Under the pieces are notes generated by a model. It did not search any database, was not told where the DNA came from, and was given only the letters and a program-made list of their open reading frames with translations. Positions 12,401 through 24,800 of a DNA stretch of 64,000 nucleotides are shown here, piece by piece. Made by a program: the position numbers and the translations under genes. This DNA is from Phoronis australis (taxonomy: Eukaryota > Animalia > Phoronida), in contig NMRA01000510.1 in the NCBI GenBank assembly GCA_002633005.1, positions 63,438-127,437 on the forward strand, in the 5' to 3' direction. Every line of letters starts with the position of its first letter. Within the stretch, counting starts at the first letter, position 1.

Positions 12401-14726
12401 AGCTGTCCAAGTGCAAACTCTGCAATAAGTGCTTGGTCGTCATTATTTCTGATTGCAACATCATCACCCTCACATAGACAGATCGCTGGCGGATACAATG
12501 GCATATCTGCACATTTCCTTTTTGGTGAAATGGTGTCAAAAAGACCCAATTGACTAATGTTGAATCGTTCATTGTATGGGCTGACAAAGGGTGTGAAGTT
12601 TGGAATTAGTGATGACAGTGTGTAATGCACATCTAAAATACTGACCAAGCGGTTTTGGTTGATTTCTAGTGCATGAACCTTTTGCTCACCAAGTAATTGT
12701 GAAATTTTTTCTGGAACAAGAATGAATAAAAATGGACGGTACAGTTCCAGTCTACCCTCAGTAGTTTTTTCAATGAATTTCCCATAGGAGTTGCCATGGT
12801 CGGACAAGAGAATGGTAAGCGTATTCTCCTGTGACTTGAGAAAATCCACATAATCCGCAAGATCTTGATCAAATGTTTGTATTCTGCGGCCAGTTTCATC
12901 GTGCCCGACATTCGTCATTAAAAAGGAAACATAGGGCAGACGGAGATCACCAAAGAGTCTCTGATATTGTTTTAAGTAGTTCACTAAATACGAATGATGA
13001 AACTGCCCATTGTAACAGACACTGTCCACGCCATGAAAAGGATCAGTCTTTCCATTAGCCTGAAGGATATCACAGCTAGCAAAAGTGATGTCCATGTTGT
13101 CGACATTAGCAGTGTTGAGCGCTTTTTGAAGCCTCTTCCACACAAGTGTAGAGGATAGAGACTTGTTAAAAGCATGCAGGTCTTTCGGAAATCCCCACTC
13201 CCAGTTCCAACACAAATCCTCTAACCACAATGTTCTGTAACCAATATTTTTCAATGGTTTGAACAGTTTTTCAACAGCCAAAGGTTTTCTGGAAAACTCC
13301 AAAAGACCAAATGGCTCCTGCTGTAAATCAACAACTCCTTCGAAAAGAGCTTGCAAGTTTTCAAATGTACGGTCTTTGATTCCTTGAAACAAGTCAAAAT
13401 CAAACACCCTTAATGGTTTTATTCCATCCTTAGCCAAGTCATGAAATTTTGCAATAGTCTTTGTCAGAGAACGATAAAAATGCATCCTTGAAACGGAATC
13501 GACAAATATCACATTGATATTAATTGACTTGTAGTCTGACATCTTACGCTGAGGTAGATTATCTATTTCCTGTCGAGCAAGCTTAATTTGGGGAGGAAGC
13601 ACCAACAACTGTACATGTTCATCCACAAATGAATCACGATCAAGATAATCACTTTCAAAATTCTTCTGAAGAATGACGGTATCTTCTGGATGCAATCTGC
13701 ATCGGACGTAACAAAAACCAAAGTGCATGGCACTGGAACCAAACTGTGTTAACTGAGTAATTCTTTTTTCCAGCTCAGAAACGGAGACGAGAGCTTGCCA
13801 GTGGACTTTACCATTTTGTGGCTGCGTTATGCCCAAGGATATGGAGCCTGAACACATGCTGGGGTTACACTTCACTTTATGCTTGCCAATATGCACTTCC
13901 TGAAATGTAGAACATTAAATGTGCATTGAAACATCAACATATGGTTGAAACTTCATAAAATTAATACCAGAATCACAAATATATACTGAGCAGAAATTTA
14001 TTTTGAAGCTCATTTTCTGTTTTAAGTTGTTGAAAATAAGGAAATGAGTTCCTTTATTACAAAGCATTCTCAATCCTATTTATACAATGGCACTATCTTG
14101 GATCAAAAAGTACATTGATTGCTTCTGTGGCAAAGCTATTGATCTCTAGTTCTTGCTGAAGGAGGATTGAAGAAGCGAACATTTTATATAGATGGCAGTT
14201 TATTACAGAAATGATTTGGTTAAGCAGGGCCATGACTAGTATCTCGACTAGCGCCCATGACAAAAAAATGGCCAAACAAATTTTCTTCTCCCTTGGTCAT
14301 CATTAATCACATGCCATAAAGTGCATTTATAGCTACCTTTATCACGCAAAATTTGAACTCCTTTTGATGATTGCAAGTGGCTGATGGTGCAGAAAAGAAA
14401 AGTTCCTCAGCCACTTTACACGATCCTGCAACAGGAGGCATCTTCTTGCATTGCACATTGTTCAAATCTACTGTCCTGCCCAGAGTTGCATTGGGACAAG
14501 TTTCTTGTAATACTTTCCATTCCGCATGAGGTGTTGAGCTGTCCTTGAAAAGACCACCATTTCCATTACTAATGCCAATTACAGATTTCCTTGCGTGTAT
14601 CCATGCAGTCTCTAGTGGATACGAACGCAGGTGGATGAGATACATAAAGATTAAGGTAATAACTATGAGTGTCCCCACTATCAATTTAAGTGTTTTCATG
14701 TGGCGGCGTCGCAAGAATGCTGGCAT
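9430..14726 (-). CDS. DUF229-family (alkaline phosphatase/sulfatase superfamily) type II membrane protein, ~855 aa
   Basis: Coding exons 14726-14337, 13899-12283, 9990-9430, all phase 0 with GT/AG. N-terminal basic stretch plus TM segment (LIVGTLIVITLIFMYL); motifs NVIFVDSVSR, RTFENL, GHD and LLSDHG. Confidence 0.88.
10140..10884 (+). mobile_element. Interspersed repeat, Helentron/HINE-like; related to 31715-32116 (left boundary approximate)
   Basis: Internal repeats with ATGAAAATTGGCA and GTGCCCCCTAGTG; 3' end CCTAGAAGCA...TCGTGGGTGCATTTCAACGCTGGGAGTTGCCCTCGTT is shared with the 31.7-kb copy. Confidence 0.5.
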
Positions 14727-14782
14727 GTCTGTGTGCCTTCTACAATTCTTTCTTGTTACCTAAAATGAATCAAGTCTTAAAT

Positions 14783-14848
14783 TAGACAATGACTATCGTC
14801 TCTATCCAGAATAGACCTATTCTGGATAGAGACGATGGTCATTGTCTA
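14783..14848. repeat. 66-bp near-perfect palindrome flanked by a 9-bp direct repeat (foldback insertion)
   Basis: 32-bp arms with one mismatch and a 2-nt loop; AGTCTTAAA at 14773-14781 and 14850-14858. Confidence 0.85.
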
Positions 14849-15599
14849 TAGTCTTAAAGCAGCCCTAGCCTTCATTACAAAAGCTTCCCATTTGGACAGT
14901 AACTGACCACATCATGTGACAATGTTGTTCACACGAGTGTGTTGAACGTTTGTCATGTTAATAGCAAAAAATCTGATTATTTGTCCGTCAAGCATGTGAC
15001 GTTACATATAATGAGATTACTGAAAGTGCCTTGGGTGAACAGCAAATTTATAATCTCACTATTTGACTGGCAAGGATATCTGATGTTGTGTTAGGAAATG
15101 AAATCCCATAACATTTTGCCAGGTGAATAGCATAAATATCAGCTTATTTGACTGGCCTGTCATTTAAGCCGTCTTATATTTGACTGACTTAATTGCCAGG
15201 AAAATAGTGTCGTCCTTAATTTTTATTTGTGTCTGAAGTGAAGAATTATGGGACTTCAGTTTCTGCTTTGTCTCAGTTCTTACGATTTAACGGAATCACA
15301 ATAAATTAATGTTTCATTATTGAACTTCATTGATATTGATACTAATCAAATAAATTAACTAATTTACCCATTCGATAATTTACTCATTAACTTAACATGT
15401 AATGACGTCTACCTGCAAAACATTCACCCCTCTGCCCCTGGCCAACCATAGCAGTCATATTCATAGCCATCCAACTAGCTGTTCGAAGACTAACGTCGAA
15501 ATACTTGTACAGCTGGCTACACAGGCTCCTCACACTTGGTTTCACTCAGACATTGTCGCTTGACCTAATTAGTAATTTGACGTGTCAGTGATTTAGATT

Positions 15600-15877
15600 A
15601 GCTTGCGTCCAAGACAGTGATGTTTCAAAACACAAGAATCACGAAAGTTATTGCAAGTCCACTGATGGTTAGCCACGATTAGAAACATTAAGGTCAAAAG
15701 CACAAACTTGAGCAGTAACCAGAAAGCTTGCTCACATCTCCCGCGGAATACTGGCTCTTTACTATTGAAGTCACAAAGCATAATTACCTACGTGACTTCC
15801 GGGCCGAGCATGGGATGTGAAGTTTTGTACTAAAGAAGTGATCAAAGATTGTTTTATGAAAATGTTGATGGAATGAG
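15600..15877. promoter_or_regulatory. Putative bidirectional promoter between DUF229 gene and AGK
   Basis: Divergent genes; locally CpG-rich; ETS-type ACTTCCGG at ~15795 next to ACGTGAC. TSS positions cannot be read from sequence. Confidence 0.5.
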
Positions 15878-18800
15878 ATGGCGTTTGTTGTAAAAATAGG
15901 AAAGACATTGCGGAATCACTGGAAAAAGTCTGTGTTCTTTTCTGTTTGTGGGATATATGGCGCGAAATACGGCAGTGAGAGATACGAGTAAGTTGAATGT
16001 GCAACCGTACTCCACTCTCCTGAGACTGAGTCCAGGCATAGAGTAGCGAGGACAACATACGTCACCAAATCGCTTCGCGTATCTGTCACCGTGTAAAATT
16101 TGCACATTGCAATCGGCAAAAAATCACTCAAAAATGCAATAAATGTGAATAAAAAATACTTCAAAGTATGAAATAAGACGTTATTTTACTTAAATGTTAG
16201 TTTTTTTCGTCGCAAAATCCGTTTAATAATACTTTGCACGAGTTTTTTGCAGCGACGTGACCGAGATTTCAAAGCAAAATGGCCGTCGGTAAAAACAACT
16301 GGTATTTGGTTTTCAACTCAGGAGAAGACTAAACTCTGGAATTTTGGCGTGAAACTTCGTGAACTTGTAGAAGAAACCCTTGCGCACGTTATTACGTAAG
16401 TATTTTTCACTTTCGTTGACTTAAAAGTTGAAAAAGTTGCCAGTTCCCGCGACCTTCAACTTTGACCTGAATTAATTGGTACATTTCCTAATTTGCACAC
16501 ATAATGAATCCTATTGCGCACTAAAGGGTTCATCAATGAACTATTTGAAACACTTGTTGCAAACGGGCCCTTCGTCGATTTCTGACAATCGTGCGTATTT
16601 CTGACTCACTTCGGGTGCTGCCGCTAGGGGTGCTCCTTCGAATCGCGGCGAATTTTTGGTTCCCAAACTAAAGCATTTCAACTTTTCCTGTTGAAAAGTT
16701 AATGTAAAAGAGACCCAAAAAGTAATTTCTCGTTGTGAGAACAATGATTCGCTCATTTAAGGTTCTTTTTTCCTATTTTTGCCTCACATTTTTGTAGGTC
16801 AGGCCACTAAGACCTGACTTGTTGCCAGGCAGGACCACCCATACTGGCCAAGACAATTTAGCCAGCATATGTCAAGGTAGAAAATGAAAACATTTTAATT
16901 TTAGAGTAAACAAATATTACAACTGTGTAATCTACTCCAGTGCTGTGTTTTCAACCAAAACTTTATGTTTAATACCATGAAAAACTATACATGCTATCAA
17001 TATTTTTTTCTACCATGAATATAGTTTTTACAAAACAATTCAGAGGTTCGTCTAGATTGTTATATATCTCAGCCTGGCCTATATCTTTCAGGTAACCTTT
17101 GTTGGAAATTGCTGTGAACCAAACCAGTTGTTATTTTCTTCATCATTTTTTCTTATAATTTCATTCCTATTTGTCAGTTTACTATCATATACATACGATC
17201 ATGTCTCGCATTTCTGTCTCATCAGACTCTGCCTTTAGCTCTTGATCCAGATCCTTCTTCTTTCCTGCTTCTACCGATTCTACTTGCAGTCAGCAAGTGA
17301 GTTTGGCTCAATACCCACTACGATAAAGATGAGGTTGTGCGCACCTTTCGGGTGTTGGACGATTTTGGTCAAGAGGACCTCGAAGTTCTGGAGTGCTCCA
17401 TATTGTATATAGGTATTCCACTGACTTAACAGCCCCCTTCCTTGAGGATGATACAACTCTGTGAAGTACTCCACTGACTTAGTGAAAGTGTTTGGCCCCC
17501 CTTCCTTAAGGATGTCATAAGTCTGTAAGGCACTCCACTGACTTTCGATAGTCAGTGAAAGGGTTTGGCCCCTTGAAGAGGCCACAAGTCTGTGTAAGGA
17601 ACTCCACTGACTGTCTGTTTACTTGCTGGTACTCACTGTCAATAATCAGTGAAAAGGTTTGACCTTCCTTCCTTGAGGATGGCTTGAGAACTTTATTTAT
17701 CTGCCCATCGTACATACCTTTATGTGTTCATATCAAGACAACTTTGGAAATAAATATTGCAGTTGTCGTTTGCATAGCATGAACTTTCCTGCATGGCTCA
17801 AGACAAGGTTTACATTTTGTTACATTGTTGTGGAAAGTATGTTTAATTTCTATTTACTGTATGAAGCTTGTATTAAAATTTTTGTTTATCATACTTTTCA
17901 TCAATACATATTTGAAATGATGTTGTTTATCTTTAATTTTTTAAAGTAATGCATTTTGACAAAGTTAAGTCAGTCGCAAACTGCATGTCAACAAAAAAGT
18001 CACAAAATAATCATATCAATGATTTGCCCAACCAATTATGAGATTTCAGCTTCCCTGATGAAAAATCTTGAAATGATACTAGCTTATTTTTTTTCTTGAG
18101 TAATTGCTATTTTATGCCAATTTGAAACGACAAAATTGTACGTACTGACTTTTCTTCGTCGGCTTTGTTGACTCTAAGGTCAATATCTTCGCACAGGAAT
18201 GTCCAATCGGAATGTTCTTTTTTGCAAAAAGTATTCATCATAAAATTTTCTTTGAAATGATGTATGACATGTCTGTCTAGGTTACGTAGATTTGTAACCA
18301 TAATATTTCAAACTCACAAATTTGATTTGACAGAATTTTTACCAAAAAATTTGACACAAAAACACCATTTTCTCCGGAACCGTAAGTCCGATTTAAAAAA
18401 TTTTTTGCACCGTTCTTTTAGTCTCATAGAGAGCTTTCTAATGATGTATATTACATGCACATTTTCTAAAATTTTTGAAAAACGTCCTCCCTACATAGAG
18501 TATGTAGCGAGCCAGCTAACTGTATGACGACTATCGTCAAAATACATCTAGGTATTACTGTGTTAATCTTTCATAGACCCCGAAATTGCACACAGCCAGG
18601 GTAGTTCTGCTCGTCACCTTGCCGTGAAACTTGTTTCAACCACCGGCGTCCTCAGCTTCTGATCGTCCCCAATACACTACATATAATACTACAAGGTATG
18701 ACACTTCCGACCAGAAATTCCACGGGTGCTTCAATTCAGCCGTCCATAGCAAACATAAAACTCAATAAATTTACACAAAACAAGAGGTTCAACAAACCAT

Positions 18801-21800
18801 GAAGAATTGTTCTTTCTCCCAATACCATTCACGGTGTCCTGTTCTGGCGACTTCGTAAGAAATTCGCAGTCAAAGAACAAAAATGTTCACAAAAAACCCC
18901 CGCACACTTCCATCGGTTGCCGCTCGAGGTCAAGGACGGTACGGAAATTGCCGGTGAGTTACGGAAGTACCGACATCATGACTTTACGCGACCGATGTCG
19001 GTACTTCCGTCGTCGTTTTGAAAACAGTATGCAGAGTATGCTCGTGTCACGTACACGCGCCATTTCCTAAATTTTTGCGACAGCTTCGCAGCAGCAAAGT
19101 CTGTTCTAAAATTCAGTTTTTCTGTATCGAAATTCTAAAAACTTACAATGAACTTCAGAAGTGAAACCAGTTCCAATAATTTGTTGACGTGTACACGTCG
19201 TGAAAGAACAACAGTTGATTGGAGAATCAGCGAAAAAAGAAACTGGGCAATAGGTGACGCAATATTTCATGGCACGAAAAGCCAATGCAGAACATCACTC
19301 CACAGTTTTAGCAGCAGAATAATAGTAGAACACCATTTTTTCCAACACTGTTAAAGAATTTAGTTTACTCAAGGAATTCTGTAGTTTTTAATGACACTAA
19401 TTTTGTGTCAGAATTTATCTTGCCACTTTTAACCAACATCAGCGCAAACCTGTATATTTAGTATACAGCTTTGTACCAAGGCTATAGTCTATGGTGCAAC
19501 AGAGCAGGCGTCCTGGCTTAGTTTGTGTCTGATCGTCCCCAACACACTGTAGGCCAATGTATAACAGTGCATTAGGGATGATCCGTAACTAAGGAGTGGA
19601 TGCCTGTGGAATCATGCAGCAGATGTTGGTAAACCAACCCTTCAAGTCTAACTTCAACAGGATTTTGTTATGGGGCTAACCAGGTTGTCCTAGCAAAGCC
19701 ATAGCAAAACAATAAAACGCAACTTTAATCACACAAATGCAGGCCCGTCAAATGATAGTTAAACTTGCCTTTTCGGTCCATATTGCATCACTGCAAGATC
19801 CTAGTACAAATAACAAAAGGCTGATAGCAGTTGTATTGAATGGGCGTCTGAATAGAACAGCATTGCATGCTATTCTTAGCTGTTTGAATTAAAAGGCCAT
19901 CCTGTATGCCTTCCATACGCCGGCTTTTCAGCGAATTATGCCTCAAACTGACTAAACCATCAAAGTCATGTTGATATGAGCACCTGTTGCACATAGAGGG
20001 ACTCCTAAGGAGGCTGTTAATGTCTTTAATTGTTCTCAACTTGAACAAACACTTTCACAATCAAACTGTTTTTTCGAACAGTCTTTCATTCAGTTGTGCT
20101 AATCAGTAAGTGGCTATTTTTCACTGCTCGCACCACCAAATGTGGAGGACCCTGATATGTGATGTCCATGTGCACTGGGCCAATGATTTTTGGGGTGGAT
20201 TTGAGCATTGCAGTCAATGCAGTGTCTGAAAAAAGACGTTTCAAGTTTTGTGCAGGGGAAGAATTTTTCCAGATGAGACCCAAATAACTGATTGATGGTT
20301 CATTTCAATGAAACTTGACTCAGAGACCTGTATACGATGTCAATGTGCTGGCACAGTTTGATTTTCAGACAGATTTGACTACTGCAGAGCCTCCTAGTGG
20401 CCCCTAGATACATACCATATGCGATGCACAGTGGGCACATGTCAATACCTCAGCATTGCTCTTGTTTGTTTCTGTTGAAAGGTCGTCATAAACTGTTTCT
20501 GTTTTCAGGGAGGAATTGTTAAGACGAGAATACTGCGCAACTGCCAGGGTAGGAATGCCAGAGTATAATAGTCTTTGTGTTGATTGAAGTAGTTCTCTGT
20601 GTTTATATACAAAGTTCAACAGGAATTAAGTTATTCAAGTGTGGACAGTTATTTCACCGTCTCATTCGAGGAATGGGAGACAGCATAGGCAGTGTCTGGT
20701 TAAGAGAGAGATCAAAATGATTCTCTGCCATTGAACATTATTTGATGAGCTTACTGTCATTCATCTTGAGAAATATGCAAAACTTAAAATTGGTGCATGA
20801 TATCAGTGTTAAATATCAGTTATTTTCATTGAATGTATTTATAGATGTTTCACTTTCTATTTAGTTGTAAATGTTTATTAGAAAGGCTGCTAAGGAGATG
20901 TTCTCTCACTTGAGTTGTTATTTATATGCTTACTTGCAGAAATATGGCAATACGTCTGTTAAAGTGGACGAGAAGCTCAAACGAGTCACAGTATTTTTAA
21001 ATCCTGCTGGAAGAAATGGGTGTGTTGTTCTGTTTCATCCCTAAAAATTGTGAGCTTTCTATTGAAATAGTGAATGTTACCTATCAGAAGCCTGGTTATA
21101 TTTGAGATCCTAGCTTTCGTGCCCATCTTGGGCTCTTCGTAGGGGCACTGGCGGGATCTGCATGTCATGTGTGTGGTACCTGGTGGTTGCCAAACACCAC
21201 CTAGTGGCCATCACTTCAGAGGAGGCATTTGGTAAATGGCAGATAATTAATGAGGAAAAAACCAGAGTTGAACTGAAGCAGGGGTTTCGAATTACCTGTC
21301 GTTTATGAACTCCTCTCTGGTGGTGTGTGACGCCAGTCAGCCACTGACCACATGTGACCACATTACATGGAGATACCCGCCAGTGGCCCTACGAAGAGCT
21401 CAAGATGGGCTCCAAAGCTAGGCTCTCAAAAGTAACAAGGTCGCAGATATAAAAAATAAATAATTGCAGGCGGTCTGGTACACGTTGTACCAGATGTGCG
21501 CAGGCCTCTCAGTTCTGCTCTTTGCACTTATCATCTGGAACCAATTTTTTATAAATATTTAGCTAAAACAAGCTGAGGAGCTAGAGACCTGACTCAAGGG
21601 TGTAGCAGTGTGCCCCATTGGTACTCGAACCCTCTACCTTGAGTAAAGAAACAAACACGTATCCCACTAGGCAACACTGCCTCCTCAAGGCCATGGACAG
21701 GCAACAATCATTGTTTCAATACTGTGTAATGGCGCCAGCTATAAGCATTCATTCCACTATAAGTTTTCTACTAGGCTTCAGGTACTAATTAAGAATCTAG

Positions 21801-24800
21801 TCAGTGTTTACCAAGAAACTTGTGTAAATTCAACATTCCTTTGGAGGCTTTTGTTACAGGAGGTATTAGTGAATGAGTAGGAACAGTAAACATTTTAATG
21901 GCAATCCTCCTCTCATTCAGCACACTCACTGCAGTTTGCAGACCTGAAATTATGTGGAAAAATGATATTTTGTCCCTCGCTTATTTTGTATGAGCCTCAA
22001 TGACAGGTGTTTCTTGTCTCACTTAATTCACACATTGTCAGTTTTGGAGGCAAAGCCCTATGTTTTAATCCTAGCAATGCACGTCTTATTAATAAGGTCT
22101 GAGCACTGTATATTTACCGCTTCATTCACCCATTCATGTGGGATATCTCATGCCGTTCCAAACATGAGGGGAAGTAGGTGACCCAGAGGCATTTGCTCAA
22201 TAGAGCGTTTCACCAACAATGGGTTAGGTACTCTTAAATTGGAACAGGAAGAAGTAATTGTAGCTGAATCACCTTGGCAACCCATAGGTGGCACTTCATT
22301 ACAGGGGCAGTTAGTGATGCATGGTTACTCTGTTGATTTCGCACACACATCAACCACAAATTCTGTATATTCAGTTTTATTTCAAATACTTTGATTATCA
22401 CAAAAATATATAATTTAGTTTGTGCAAAATAAGTAGTGTTACCATAGGTGATTGCATATCTCCATGTTGTTATTAACAATTTTTTGAATAATGTTTTAAG
22501 AAAGATTATTATCTTATCACAGAATTGTTGGCATGTGACTTTATAAAACAAATGGTTCTATGAAATTCAAATTGTAGATTGTTGTTTATTCTGTAGATGT
22601 AATGGATTCCATTTGGAACTTAAAATTCTGCTACTATTGCTACTACTACTTAAACCGATGTCTTGGATTGGTTATCAGGTCATATTTAGGACAAAAACTT
22701 GACAATTGGAAAAGAAGACATCAATATGGGACCAAAAATTTGGAAGTGTTCTTTTTGACAGTTGAAGGTATGCATTTTCTTCAATTTTGTCTTCACAGTA
22801 AAGTACGGAAGCTGTTTGAGAAGAACGCTGCTCCACTTCTACATTTGGCTGGGTTTGAGGTTAACATTGTCAAGGTAACTACATACAAGGCATTCACACT
22901 GAGATCTTATTTCACCATAAGTATTTGGAACTGTAACATTGTGGTTATTGATACAATAACTGTGACACTGGTTATTGATACAATAACTGTAACACTGTGG
23001 TTATTGATACAATAACTGTAATACTGTGGTTATTGATACAATAACTGTGACACTGTGGTTATTGATACAATAACTGTAACACTGTGGTTATTGATACAAT
23101 AACTGTAACACTGTGGTTATTGATACAATAACTGTAACACTGTGGTTATTGATACAATAACTGTGACACTGTGGTTATTGATACAATAACTGTAACACTG
23201 TGGTTATTGATACAATAACTGTGACACTGTGATTATTGATACAATAACTGTGACACTGTGGTTATTGATACAATAACTGTGACACTGTGGTTATTGATAC
23301 AATAACTGTAACTCTGTGGTTATTGATACAATAACTGTGACACTGTGGTTATTGATACAATTCTGATGCGGTGTTCTTCCAGAGACTCCCTTTCTTTAAT
23401 TTGTTTTTGAGGGATTAAGGCTTAGCTGAAACTTTGATCTGTGCATAGACTGTGTGTAATATACTTCTGTATACCTGAACACAAAAACGTCATTGCTCAT
23501 TTCCTGATGTTTTGTCTCAGTTGATCATGAAGGGAAAAGTCTGAAACCAATACTTGTCAGTTGACAGGCAGGCTCATTTTTTAGCTTGCTTATAAAACAT
23601 TTTGTTGCTGTAAATTAAATTTGTGATTTGTTGGCTAAACGTGAATATCTGCATATTACAGACAGAGGCCCAAGGTCAAGCCAAGGACTTTATGTCTGTG
23701 ATTGACTCCCAAGATGCGGATGTAGTAGTGGTTGCAGGAGGTGATGGCACAGTTTCTGAGGTTTGTTACTACTACAGAGAACATGTATTATGTTTCACAT
23801 TGATGTGACATGCGAAAGACACACATAGAGTCATAAGTCATAACTCAGAGTCCTTAATGAAAACTTACTTTGTAGAAGTTTTGTGTCCAAACAGAATTGG
23901 AGGTTTATAAATCTAATGTATTTTTTGCCAGGAATTTCTAATTAATTAGCAAAGTTGTTTTTTTTGGATTTGCCATATACTAATATGGAAGTATGATTCA
24001 AATTGTTGAGTTTGAAACAGAACTACGGGAGGCAAACTTGATTGTTTACTATTATGTTGCCCTAAAAAGTATTTAATCAAATCCCAAACTGTCCATAAGT
24101 GTGTAGCACTAATCCTGTCTCATGTTTGGTCACAGAACTATCCCAGTCTTAGTGACAAGGTGAATGACACCAACTGAAACAGGTCATGTACATTCACAGG
24201 GGTGGAACATCTCCATGGCCAGCTATGATCTGCAGAAACCAAACTTGTGGTACAAATCCCCAGACCGTGCACCAATAACCTCTGGTAGTACAGATGAGAA
24301 ATCTGGACTTTTTATAACAATCATTTTCAGCGAGTGTGTGGAGTTTAAGGTCATGTGTGTTATGCTGCATGTTTGCTGTCTGCTGTTATAGAACTCAGGG
24401 TCTGGTTTTTATAGTCAGGGGATCATATTAGCCAGAATTTATTGTGACAGCCATGTTTCCACCCCTTGCGGAGGTGACCTGCTCCAGTCAACGACGTTCA
24501 CAGCCATATTGGTTCCATGATTGAGCATGATGCTCTCCACATTCCTAGTTATTTATTTCACTAACACACTCTCAGTTCTTCCTGCTCAGGAAATCACTTT
24601 TTGAGCATGATTGTGGGTAGAGACAAGTTCTGTGGTAGTTAGTGGTCTCAGTGTTTTTTAATTGAAAAACAATGAAATTTTTTGTGACTTAAAGAGATTG
24701 TTTGCTTAGTCGCCTTGTTTTTTGTTATTTCTAGGTGATCACAGGTTTGCTTCGCAGAACTGACCAATCCTTCGTTGATGTCACACCAGTTGGGGTCCTG

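Noticed and set aside
16279-16332. MAVGKNNW... as the AGK start
   Set aside because: It stops after 17 codons; the real start with the NHWKK motif is at 15878.
22930-23361. CRISPR-like array of 29-bp palindromic repeats
   Set aside because: Units are directly adjacent with no unique spacers, inside a eukaryotic intron, and no cas genes are present.
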